A program made the translations under genes and the position numbers. Below the pieces are notes generated by a model, which was not told where the DNA came from, did not search any database, and worked only from the letters and a program-made list of their open reading frames with translations. A stretch of 60,720 nt of DNA, filler included, from Nemertoderma westbladi (taxonomy: Eukaryota > Animalia > Xenacoelomorpha), in NCBI GenBank assembly GCA_032718475.1. It is 2 parts of 2 records of this genome, joined end to end, with 100 filler letters (N's around TTAATTAATTAA, not from the genome) between each part and the next. Parts side by side here need not be neighbours in the genome. Positions count along the whole stretch, not along the records: positions 30,993 to 60,720 come from JAUCBJ010004833.1; 1 more part is not named here. One strand, given 5' to 3'. Below are positions 33,901-46,576 of the stretch, in pieces. The number at the start of each line of letters is the position of its first letter. The first letter of the stretch is position 1.

Positions 33901-36900
33901 CTAGTGGTGTGTTTCTACAAATCTTTTAGCTGTGAGACTAGTGGTGTGCTTCTACAAATCTTTTAGCTGTGAGACTGGGGGTGTGTTTCCACAAATCTTT
34001 TAGCTGTGAGACTGGGGGTGTGTTTCTACAAATCTTTTGGTTGTGAGACTAGTGGTTTGTTTCTACAAATCTTTTAGCTGTGAGACTAGTGGTGTGTTTC
34101 TACAAATCTTTTAGCTGTAAGACTAGTGGTGTGTTTCTCCAAATCTTTTAGCTGTGAGACTAGTGGTGCGTATCAGCGTATCTAAAAATCTTTTAGCTGT
34201 GAGACTAGTGGTGTGTTTCTACAAATCTTTTAACTGTAAGACTAGTGGTGTGTTTCTCCAAATCTTTTAGCTGTGAGACTAGTGGTGCGTATCAGCGTAT
34301 CTACAAATCTTTTAGCTGTGAGACTAGGGGTTTGTTTCTACAAATCTTTTAGCTGTGAGACTAGTGGTGTGTTTCTACAAATCTTTTAGCTGTGAGACTG
34401 GGGGTGTGTCTCTACAAATCTTTTAGCTGTGAGACTAGCGGTGTGTTTCGACAAATCTTTTAGCTGTGAGACTGGGGGTGTTTTTCTACAAATCTTTTGG
34501 TTGTGAGACTAGTGGTTTGTTTCTACAAATCTTTTAGCTGTGAGACTAGTGGTGTGTTTCTACAAATCTTTTACCTGTAAGACTAGTGGTGTGTTTCTAC
34601 AAATCTTTTAGCTGTGAGACTAGTGGTGTGTTTCTACAAATCTTTTAGCTGTAAGACTAGTGGTGTGTTTCTACAAATCTTTTAGCTGTGAGACTAGTGG
34701 TGCGTATCAGCGTATCTAAAAATCTTTTAGCTGTGAGACTAGTGGTGTGTTTCTACAAATCTTTTAGCTGTAAGACTAGTGGTGTGTTTCTCCAAATCTT
34801 TTAGCTGTGAGACTAGTGGTGCGTATCAGCGTATCTACAAATCTTTTAGCTGTGAGACTAGGGGTTTGTTTCTACAAATCTTTTAGCTTTGAGACTAGTG
34901 GTGTGTATCTACAAATCTTTTAGCTGGGAGACTAGTGGTGTGTTTCTACAAATCTTCTAGCTGTGAGACTAGTGGTGTGTTTCTACAAATCTTTTAGCTG
35001 TGAGACTAGTGGTGTGTTTCTACAAATCTTCTAGCTGTGAGACTAGTGGTGTGTTTCTACAAATCTTTTAGCTGTGAGACTAGTGGTGTGTTTCTACAAA
35101 TCTTTTAGCTGTGAGACTAGTGGTGTGTATCTACAAATCTTTTAGCTGTCAGACTAGTGGTGTGTTTCTACAAATCTTTTAGCTGTGAGACTAGTGGTGT
35201 GTTTCTACAAATCTTTTAGCTGTGAGACTAGTGGTGTGTATCTACAAATCTTTTAGCTGTGAGACTAGTGGTGTGTTTCTACAAATCTTTTAGCTGTGAG
35301 ACTAGTGGTGTGTTTCTACAAATCTTTTAGCTGTGAGACTAGTGGTGTGTATCTACAAATCTTTTAGCTGTCAGACTAGTGGTGTGTTTCTACAAATCTT
35401 TTAGCTGTGAGACTAGTGGTGTGTTTCTACAAATCTTTTAGCTGTGAGACTAGTGGTGTGTATCTACAAATCTTTTAGCTGGGAGTCTAGTGGTGTGTTT
35501 CTACAAATCTTCTAGCTGTGAGACTAGTGGTGTGTTTCTACAAATTTTTTAGCTGTGAGACTAGTGGTGTGTTTCTACAAATCTTCTAGCTGTGAGACTA
35601 GAGGTGTGTTTCTACAAATCTTTTAGCTGTGAGACTATTGGTGTGTTTCTACAAATCTTTTAGCTGTGAGACTAGTGGTGTGTATCTACAAATCTTTTAG
35701 CTGTCAGACTAGTGGTGTGTTTCTACAAATCTTTTAGCTGTGAGACTAGTGGTGTGTTTCTACAAATCTTTTAGCTGTGAGACTAGTGGTGTGTATCTAC
35801 AAATCTTTTAGCTGTGAGACTAGTGGTGTGTTTCTACAAATCTTTTAGCTGTGAGACTAGTGGTGTGTTTCTACAAATCTTTTAGCTGTGAGACTAGTGG
35901 TGTGTATCAGCGTATCTACAAATCTTTTAGCTGTGAGACTAGTGGTGTGTTTCTACAAATCTTTTAGCTGTGAGACTAGTGGTGTGTTTCTACAAATCTT
36001 TTAGCTGTGAGACTAGTGGTGTGTTTCTACAAATCTTTTAGCTGGGAGACTAGTGGTGTGTTTCTACAAATCTTTTAGCTGTGAGACTAGTGGTGTGTTT
36101 CTACAAATCTTTTAGCTGGGAGACTAGTGGTGTGTTTCTACAAATCTTTTAGCTGTGAGACTAGTGGTGTGTTTCTACAAATCTTTTAGCTGTGAGACTA
36201 GTGGTGTGTATCTACAAATCTTTTAGCTGTGAGACTAGTGGTGTGTATCAGCGTATCTGCAAATCTTTTAGCTGTGAGACTAGTGGTGTGTATCAGCGTA
36301 TCTACAAATCTTTTAGCTGTGAGACTAGTGGTGTGTATCAGCGTATCTACAAATCTTTTAGCTGTGAGACTAGTGGTGTGTATCAGCGTATCTACAAATC
36401 CTTTAGCTGGGAGACTAGTGGTGTGTTTCTATAAATATCTTAGCTGTGAGACTAGTGGTGTGTTTCTACAAATCTTTTAGCTGTGAGACTAGTGGTGTGT
36501 ATCTACAAATCTTTTAGCTGTGAGACTAGTGGTATGTTTCTACAAATCTTTTAGCTGTGAGACTAGTGGTGTGTTTCTACAAATCTTTTAGCTGTGGGAC
36601 TAGTGGTGTGTTTCTACAAATCTTTTAGCTGTGAGACTAGTGGTGTATTTCTACAAATCTTTTAGCTGTGAGACTAGTGGTGTGTATCTACAAATCTTTT
36701 AGCTGTGAGACTAGTGGTGTGTTTCTACAAATCTTTTAGCTGTGAGACTAGTGGTGTGTTTCTACAAATCTTTTAGCGGTGAGACTAGTGGTGTGTTTCT
36801 ACAAATCTTTTAGCTGTGAGACTCGGGGTTTGTTTCTACAAATCTTTTAGCTGTGAGACTAGTGGTGTGTTTCTACAAATCTTTTAGCTGTGAGACTCGG

Positions 36901-39900
36901 GGTTTGTTTCTACAAATCTTTTAGCTGTGACACTAGTGGTGTGTATCTACAAATCTTTTAGCTGTGAGACTAGTGGTGTGTTTCTACAAATCTTTTAGCT
37001 GTGAGACTAGTGGTGTGTTTCTACAAATCTTTTAGCTGCGAGACTAGTGGTGTGTATCTACAAATCTTTTAGCTATGAGACTAGTGGTGTGTTTCTACAA
37101 ATCTTTTAGCTGTGAGACTGGTGGTGTGTTTCTACAAATCTTTTAGCTGTGAGACTAGTGGTGTGTTTCCACAAATCTTTTAGCTGTGAGGCTAGTGGTG
37201 TGTTTCTACAAATCTTTTTGCTGTGAGACTAGTGGTGTGTTTCTACAAATATTTTAGCTGTGAGACTAGTGGTGTGTTTCCACAAATCTTTTAGCTGTGA
37301 GACTAGTGGTGTGTTTTTACAAATCTTTTAGCTGTGAGACTAGTGGTGTGTATCAGCGTATCTACAAATCTTTTAGCTGTGAGACTAGTGGTTTGTTTCT
37401 ACAAATCTTTTTGCTGTGAGACTAGTGGTGTGTTTCTACAAATATTTTAGCTGTGAGACTAGTGGTGTGTTTCTACAAATCTTTTAGCTGTGAGACTAGT
37501 GGTTTGTTTCTACAAATCTTCTTGCTGTGAGACTAGTGGTGTGTTTCTACAAATATTTTAGCTGTGAGACTAGTGGTGTGTATCTACAAATCTTTTAGCT
37601 GGGAGACTAGTGGTGTGTTTCTACAAATCTTTTAGCTGTGAGACTAGTGGTGTGCTTCTACAAATCTTTTAGCTGTGAGACTGGGGGTGTGTTTCCACAA
37701 ATCTTTTAGCTGTGAGACTGGGGGTGTGTTTCTACAAATCTTTTGGTTGTGAGACTAGTGGTTTGTTTCTACAAATCTTTTAGCTGTGAGACTAGTGGTG
37801 TGTTTCTACAAATCTTTTAGCTGTAAGACTAGTGGTGTGTTTCTCCAAATCTTTTAGCTGTGAGACTAGTGGTGCGTATCAGCGTATCTAAAAATCTTTT
37901 AGCTGTGAGACTAGTGGTGTGTTTCTACAAATCTTTTAACTGTAAGACTAGTGGTGTGTTTCTCCAAATCTTTTAGCTGTGAGACTAGTGGTGCGTATCA
38001 GCGTATCTACAAATCTTTTAGCTGTGAGACTAGGGGTTTGTTTCTACAAATCTTTTAGCTGTGAGACTAGTGGTGTGTTTCTACAAATCTTTTAGCTGTG
38101 AGACTGGGGGTGTGTCTCTACAAATCTTTTAGCTGTGAGACTAGCGGTGTGTTTCGACAAATCTTTTAGCTGTGAGACTGGGGGTGTGTTTCTACAAATC
38201 TTTTGGTTGTGAGACTAGTGGTTTGTTTCTACAAATCTTTTAGCTGTGAGACTAGTGGTGTGTTTCTACAAATCTTTTACCTGTAAGACTAGTGGTGTGT
38301 TTCTACAAATCTTTTAGCTGTGAGACTAGTGGTGTGTTTCTACAAATCTTTTAGCTGTAAGACTAGTGGTGTGTTTCTACAAATCTTTTAGCTGTGAGAC
38401 TAGTGGTGCGTATCAGCGTATCTAAAAATCTTTTAGCTGTGAGACTAGTGGTGTGTTTCTACAAATCTTTTAGCTGTAAGACTAGTGGTGTGTTTCTCCA
38501 AATCTTTTAGCTGTGAGACTAGTGGTGCGTATCAGCGTATCTACAAATCTTTTAGCTGTGAGACTAGGGGTTTGTTTCTACAAATCTTTTAGCTGTGAGA
38601 CTAGTGGTGCGTATCAGCGTATCTAAAAATCTTTTAGCTGTGAGACTAGTGGTGTGTTTCTACAAATCTTTTAGCTGTAAGACTAGTGGTGTGTTTCTCC
38701 AAATCTTTTAGCTGTGAGACTAGTGGTGCGTATCAGCGTATCTACAAATTTTTTAGCTGTAAGACTAGTGGTGTGTTTCTACAAATCTTTTAGCTGTGAG
38801 ACTAGTGGTGTGTTTCTCCAAATCTTTTAGCTGTGAGACTGGGGGTGTGTTTCTACAAATCTTTTAGCTGTAAGACTAGTGGTGTGTTTCTCCAAATCTT
38901 TTAGCTGTGAGACTAGTGGTGTGTATCTACAAATCTTTTAGCTGTGAGACTAGTGGTGTGTTTCTACAAATCTTTTAGCTGTGAGACTAGTGGTGTGTTT
39001 CTACAAATCTTTTAGCGGTGAGACTAGTGGTGTGTTTCTACAAATCTTTTAGCTGTGAGACTCGGGGTTTGTTTCTACAAATCTTTTAGCTGTGAGACTA
39101 GTGGTGTGTTTCTACAAATCTTTTAGCTGTGAGACTCGGGGTTTGTTTCTACAAATCTTTTAGCTGTGAGACTAGTGGTGTGTATTTACAAATCTTTTAG
39201 CTGTGAGACTAGTGGTATGTTTCTACAAATCTTTTAGCTGTGAGACTAGTGGTGTGTTTCTACAAATCTTTTAGCTGCGAGACTAGTGGTGTGTATCTAC
39301 AAATCTTTTAGCTGTGAGACTAGTGGTGTGTTTCTACAAATCTTTTAGCTGTGAGACTGGTGGTGTGTTTCTACAAATCTTTTAGCTGTGAGACTAGTGG
39401 TGTGTTTCCACAAATCTTTTAGCTGTGAGACTAGTGGTGTGTTTCTACAAATCTTTTAGCTGTGAGACTAGTGGTGTGTTTCTACAAATATTTTAGCTGT
39501 GAGACTAGTGGTGTGTTTCCACAAATCTTTTAGCTGTGAGACTAGTGGTGTGTTTTTACAAATCTTTTAGCTGTGAGACTAGTGGTGTGTATCAGCGTAT
39601 CTACAAATCTTTTAGCTGTGAGACTAGTGGTTTGTTTCTACAAATCTTTTAGCTGTGAGACTAGTGGTGTGTTTCTACAAATCTTTTAGCTGTAAGACTA
39701 GTGGTGTGTTTCTACAAATCTTTTAGCTGTGAGACTAGTGGTGTGTTTCTACAAATCTTTTAGCTGTGAGACTAGTGGTGCGTATCAGCGTATCTACAAA
39801 TCTTTTAGCTGTGAGACTAGTGGTTTGCTTCTACAAATCTTTTAGCTGTGAGACTAGTGGTGTGTTTCTACAAATCTTTTAGCTGTGAGACTAGTGGTGT

Positions 39901-42900
39901 GCTTCTACAAATCTTTTAGCTGTGAGACTGGGGGTGTGTTTCCACAAATCTTTTAGCTGTGAGACTGGGGGTGTGTTTCTACAAATCTTTTAGCTGTGAG
40001 ACTAGTGGTGTGTTTCTACAAATCTTTTAGCTGTAAGACTAGTGGTGTGTTTCTCCAAATCTTTTAGCTGTGAGACTAGTGGTGCGTATCAGCGTATCTA
40101 AAAATCTTTTAGCTGTGAGACTAGTGGTGTGTTTCTACAAATCTTTTAGCTGTAAGACTAGTGGTGTGTTTCTCCAAATCTTTTAGCTGTGAGACTAGTG
40201 GTGCGTATCAGCGTATCTACAAATCTTTTAGCTGTGAGACTAGGGGTTTGTTTCTACAAATCTTTTAGCTGTGAGACTAGTGGTGTGTTTCTACAAATCT
40301 TTTAGCTGTGAGACTGGGGGTGTGTTTCTACAAATCTTTTAGCTGTGAGACTAGCGGTGTGTTTCGACAAATCTTTTAGCTGTGAGACTGGGGGTGTGTT
40401 TCTACAAATCTTTTGGTTGTGAGACTAGTGGTTTGTTTCTACAAATCTTTTAGCTGTGAGACTAGTGGTGTGTTTCTACAAATCTTTTAGCTGTAAGACT
40501 AGTGGTGTGTTTCTCCAAATCTTTTAGCTGTGAGACTAGTGGTGCGTATCAGCGTATCTAAAAATCTTTTAGCTGTGAGACTAGTGGTGTGTTTCTACAA
40601 ATCTTTTAGCTGTAAGACTAGTGGTGTGTTTCTCCAAATCTTTTAGCTGTGAGACTAGTGGTGCGTATCAGCGTATCTACAAATCTTTTAGCTGTGAGAC
40701 TAGGGGTTTGTTTCTACAAATCTTTTAGCTGTAAGACTAGTGGTGTGTTTCTCCAAATCTTTTAGCTGTGAGACTAGTGGTGCGTATCAGCGTATCTACA
40801 AATCTTTTAGCTGTAAGACTAGTGGTGTGTTTCTACAAATCTTTTAGCTGTAAGACTAGTGGTGTGTTTCTCCAAATCTTTTAGCTGTGAGACTAGTGGT
40901 GCGTATCAGCGTATCTACAAATCTTTTAGCTGTAAGACTAGTGGTTTGTTTCTACAAATCTTTTAGCTGTGAGACTAGTGGTGTGTTTCTCCAAATCTTT
41001 TAGCTGTGAGACTAGTGGTGTGTTTCTCCAAATCTTTTAGCTGTGAGACAAGTGGTGTGTTTCTCCAAATCTTTTAGCTGTGAGACTAGTGGTGCGTATC
41101 AGCGTATCTACAAATCGTTTAGCTGTGAGACTAGGGGTTTGTTTCTACAAATCTTTTAGCTGTGAGACTAGTGGTGTGTTTCTCCAAATCTTTTAGCTGT
41201 GAGACTAGTGGTGCGTATCAGCGTATCTACAAATATTTTAGCTGTGAGACTAGTGGTGTGTTTCTACAAATCTTTTAGCTGTGAGACTAGTGGTGTGTAT
41301 CTACAAATCTTTTAGCTGTGAGACTAGTGGTGTGTTTCTACAAATCGTTTACCTGTGAGACTAGTGGTGTGTTTCTACAAATCTTTTGGCTGTGAGACTA
41401 GTGGTTTGTTTCTACAAATCTTTTAGCTGTGAGACTAGTGGTGTGTTTCTACAAATCTTTTAGCTGTGAGACTGGGGGTGTGTTTCTACAAATCTTTTAG
41501 CTGTGAGACTAGCGGTGTGTTTCGAAAAATATTTTAGCGGTGAGACTAGTGGTGTGTTTCTACAAATCTTTTAGCTGTGAGACTAGTGGTGTGTTTCTAC
41601 AAATCTTTTAGCTGTGAGACTAGCGGTGTGTTTCGACAAATCTTTTAGCTGTGAGACTGGGGGTGTGTTTCTACAAATCTTTTGGTTGTGAGACTAGTGG
41701 TTTGTTTCTACAAATCTTTTAGCTGTGAGACTAGTGGTGTGTTTCTACAAATCTTTTAGCTGTAAGACTAGTGGTGTGTTTCTCCAAATCTTTTAGCTGT
41801 GAGACTAATGGTGCGTATCAGCGTATCTAAAAATCTTTTAGCTGTGAGACTAGTGGTGTGTTTCTACAAATCTTTTAGCTGTAAGACTAGTGGTGTGTTT
41901 CTCCAAATCTTTTAGCTGTGAGACTAGTGGTGCGTATCAGCGTATCTACAAATCTTTTAGCTGTGAGACTAGGGGTTTGTTTCTACAAATCTTTTAGCTG
42001 TGAGACTAGTGGTGTGTTTCTCCAAATCTTTTAGCTGTGAGACTAGTGGTGCGTATCAGCGTATCTACAAATCTTTTAGCTGTAAGACTAGTGGTGTGTT
42101 TCTACAAATCTTTTAGCTGTGAGACTAGTGGTGCGTATCAGCGTATCTACAAATCTTTTAGCTGTGAGACTAGTGGTGTGTTTCTACAAATCTTTTAGCT
42201 GTGAGACTAGTGGTGTGTTTCTACAAATCTTTTAGCTGTGAGACTAGTGGTTTGTTTCTACAAATCTTTTAGCTGTGAGACTAGTGGTGTGTTTCTACAA
42301 ATCTTTTAGCTGTGAGACTGGGGGTGTGTTTCTACAAATCTTTTAGCTGTGAGACTAGCGGTGTGTTTCGAAAAATCTTTTAGCGGTGAGACTAGTGGTG
42401 TGTTTCTACAAATCTTTTAGCTGTGAGACTAGTGGTGTGTTTCTACAAATCTTTTAGCTGTGTGACTAGTGGTGTGTTTCTACAAATCTTTTAGCTGTGA
42501 GACTAGTGGTGTGTTTCTACAAATCTTTTAGCTGTGAGACTAGTGGTGCGTATCAGCGTATCTACAAATCTTTTAGCTGTAAGACTAGTGGTGTGTTTCT
42601 ACAAATCTTTTAGCTGTGAGACTAGTGGTGCGTATCAGCGTATCTACAAATCTTTTAGCTGTAAGACTAGTGGTGTGTTTCTACAAATCTTTTAGCTGTG
42701 AGACTAGTGGTGCGTATCAGCGTATCTACAAATCTTTTAGCTGTGAGACTAGTGGTGTGTTTCTACAAATCTTTTAGCTGTGAGACTAGTGGTGTGTTTC
42801 TACAAATCTTTTTGCTGTGAGACTAGTGGTGTGTTTCTACAAATCTTTTAGCTGTGAGACTAGTGGTGTGTATCTACATATCTTTTAGCTGTGTGACTAG

Positions 42901-44295
42901 TGGTGTGTTTCTACAAATCTTTTAGCTGTGAGACTAGTGGTGTGTTTCTACAAATCTTTTAGCTGTGAGACTAGTGGTGTGTTTCTACAAATCTTTTAGC
43001 TGTGAGACTAGTGGTTTGTTTCTACAAATCTTCTTGCTGTGAGACTAGTGGTGTGTTTCTACAAATCTTTTAGCTGTGAGACTAGTGGTGTGATTCTACA
43101 AATCTTTTTGCTGTGAGACTAGTGGTGTGTTTCTACAAATCTTTTAGCTGTGAGACTAGTGGTTTGTTTCTACAAATCTTCTTGCCGTGAGACTAGTGGT
43201 GTGTTTCTACAAATCTCTTAGCTGTGAGACTAGTGGTGTGTATCTACAAATCTTTTAGCTGTGAGACTAGTGGTGTGTTTCTACAAATCTTTTTGCTGTG
43301 AGACTAGTGGTGTGTTTCTACAAATCTTTTAGCTGTGATACTAGTGGTGTGTTTCTACAAATCTTTTTGCTGTGAGACTAGTGGTGTGTTTCTACAAATC
43401 GTTTAGCTGTGAGACTAGTGGTGTGTATCTACAAATCTTTTAGCTGTGAGACTAGTGGTTTGTTTCTACAAATCTTTTAGCTGTGAGACTAGTGGTGTGT
43501 TTCTACAAATCTTTTTGCTGTGAGACTAGTGGTGTGTTTCTACAAATCTTTTAGCTGTGATACTAGTGGTGTGTTTCTACAAATCTTTTTGCTGTGAGAC
43601 TAGTGGTGTGTTTCTACAAATCTTTTAGCTGTGATACTAGTGGTGTGTTTCTACAAATCTTTTTGCTGTGAGATTAGTGGTGTGTTTCTACAAATCTTTT
43701 AGCTGTGAGACTAGTGGTTTGTTTCTACAAATCTTCTTGCCGTGAGACTAGTGGTGTGTTTCTACAAATCTTTTAGCTGTGAGACTAGTGGTGTGTATCT
43801 ACATATCTTTTAGCTGTGAGACTAGTGGTGTGTATCTACAAATCTTTTTGCTGTGAGACTAGTGGTGTGTTTCTACAAATCTTTTAGCTGTGATACTAGT
43901 GGTGTGTTTCTACAAATCTTTTTGCTGTGAGACTAGTGGTGTGTTTCTACAAATCTTTTAGCTGTGATACTAGTGGTGTGTTTCTACAAATCTTTTTGCT
44001 GTGAGACTAGTGGTGTGTTTCTACAAATCTTTTAGCTGTGATACTAGTGGTGTGTTTCTACAAATCTTTTTGCTGTGAGACTAGTGGTGTGTTTCTACAA
44101 ATCTTTTAGCTGTGAGACTAGTGGAGTGTTTCTACAAATCTTTTAGCTGTGAGACTAGTGGTGTGTTTCTACAAATCGTTTAGCTGTAAGACTAGTGGTG
44201 TGTTTCTACAAATCTTTTAGCTGTAAGACTAGTGGTGTGTTTCTACAAATCTTTTAGCTGTAAGACTATTGGTGTGTGTCCACAAATCTTTTACT
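30993..44295. repeat. 37-bp satellite array (about 13.3 kb) with 45-bp variants
   Basis: Unit TAGCTGTGAGACTAGTGGTGTGTTTCTACAAATCTTT; variant with 8-bp ATCAGCGT insertion; 3706-bp higher-order duplication (32486 vs 36192). Confidence 0.97.
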
Positions 44296-44972
44296 TGAGA
44301 CTGGCTGGTGGAGCGTATCTCCAACATACTTCCATGCTGAAAAGTAGCACCGCTGTTATCACACTGAATAACCCTTTGTTCATTTATCCATTTATCTCAC
44401 AAATTGGAAAATAATGTGTGAGCGACAACACAGCTTGACCTTGTCGTGGAATAAAATACTTTAATTTTTGAATTAAGTATATCGTATTTGAATACGGTAA
44501 CGATTTTTTTTATTAACAGTTTTTGTAACATATCATTCATTATTTACTCTTACTACAGTAATTACCCCGGCGCGTAGGCCTAGCGTAAACAAATTACTCT
44601 GACATCTATGCATAGCTTAGGCTAGGCTTAGGGAGGGGGAATCACTAAACAAATATGTACCTACTCAAGAAAATGTAAATGTAAGGCGAGTGTGGGTTAT
44701 CTATTGGGATTTCTTATGTTCGTCAAATTACGATGTATAAGGGGTGGTTCAGTGAAATAGTGAATGGTTGAAATAATAAATATCAAATTTAAATAATCAA
44801 ATAAATGTGCAAAATAAATTGTTAATTATCTTCAAAAATTAATTAATGAAATTAATTATCAATAATGAATTTATTGAAATTCGAAGGAATTTCTTGAAAC
44901 TGCAATTAACCACACCATTAATGTGTTTTATTCCAGGTATTGCGATATTAAATCATTTAAGGATATTATAAT

Positions 44973-46137
44973 ATGTATCTGTTTAAGTTCTCAACTATTG
45001 GTATAATATTCGGTATACTTCTTCAGGGAGTGTTCTCTGAGATATCAACTATTTGCAACTATGATACAATTAAACACATTAATTGGAATGCATTCCAAGA
45101 CCGAGCTTTTACCAGGTTGAAAGTAGATATTTTCTCTAGAGTTATTTTCACATGGGAAGCCGGTAGAGGAGGAAGCAATCTGGATATATTTCATACTGGC
45201 GATATTGTAGTTCAAGTCTCTGAAGAAGAAGAAACTTTGGTGATAAAAGTGGAAAATGATGGAGATAATATCACATCAGGCACGTCATCAAGGTCTATAC
45301 AAAGTTATCTGGTTCTGCTTTCAGTAATTGGAATCACTGCTTGCATTTACAGTTCAATGCATAGACGGTGCAACTATGTATTCTCATTCCTCGTGTTACT
45401 GGGTGTCCTTGGAATTGGTGGTACAGCAAGTGGGATTGATAATTGCATTAATGATAATTATCTTCACATAATCATTCCTTCTGATGTTATTCTTGAGTTA
45501 TGCACAAATGGCGAGTGCCAACCTGTTTTATGTGATTTGAATCCCAATTCAACATACAGCAGCCTCCCTTCCAATCTGGGCAGCCTTTTCACTGACAAAG
45601 CATGTTCTATTGAAGAACCTGAGTTTTGGGATGAATGGGCAACTTATTTCTTTGGAGATGGTTCCTCTCAGTCGTTCACCGATGATGCTGATGGTGACGG
45701 TTTAGTCAATATTTTGGAATATTATGGAATGAGTATATTTGAAGGCGCTTTTGCAGATTCTTCAAATATACCAAGGAATGAAATGCCAATGGAGAGGAAG
45801 CGCAGGGGCATTGGCGTCTTATCGTTCGATGATGTCATATCAACAGGCACTGATCCAACTGATCCAGACAGTGATAATGATTTACTGATGGATGGAATGG
45901 AAATATATAATGGTCTCGATCCCAAAAATTATGATAATCCCGAAAATGACATTGATAAAGATAAGTTGGATAACCTTCAGGAGCAGATTCACGGTACAGA
46001 TCCCTTAAATGCTGACAGCGATGGCGATGGTGTCTCGGATGGCGTTGAAGTGGAACAAGGGAGCGATCCGGTAGATTTATCAGATGGAGGAGTTGGACCT
46101 GTTTGGGAAGAACAATTCGCAAGAATGAAGCTAACAG
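44973..46137 (+). CDS. Coding exon 1 of secreted/membrane TSP3-repeat pesticin-like muramidase gene
   Basis: Acceptor TTTTATTCCAG at 44936 upstream of ATG; signal peptide, two hydrophobic segments, RKRR, DxDxDGLxDxxE/GTDP repeats; donor ACAG|GTATAA (phase 1). Confidence 0.85.
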
Positions 46138-46576
46138 GTATAATAATGTTTATATTTTAACATTATTTAACATTTAATAAACTGAAATTTTAAAGTAAAA
46201 AGAAAATAGAAATCCAAATCTTCCTGAGTGTCTCAGAAATGTCCTCGCTAAATTTATTCGTCTTGAAGGTCCCTAATAGTAAACCACGTATCCATGAAGT
46301 ATAACCTGATGTAATTGCAGAAATTATTTTCATTTCATCAACAGAGGTTTGCTTTCACCAAGTAAAGCTGATACCTGGCTCCTGACTGCAAAAGAGTTTT
46401 GGATTCATAATAACACAAAGTCTAACAGAGTTTTCCACCTCAAAGTTTCCTGACCACTATACATGCTAAGGGAGTTAAACTCTGCCAATTTAAGTGTCCA
46501 ATCTCCCAACATAATATGGTGATTAATCTATATAAAATTATCTATGCTATTGTTTTATTTTAATGATAAAAGGGCT

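Noticed and set aside
30993-44295. CRISPR-like array (37-bp repeats)
   Set aside because: Units are contiguous with no unique spacers, no cas genes, eukaryotic context
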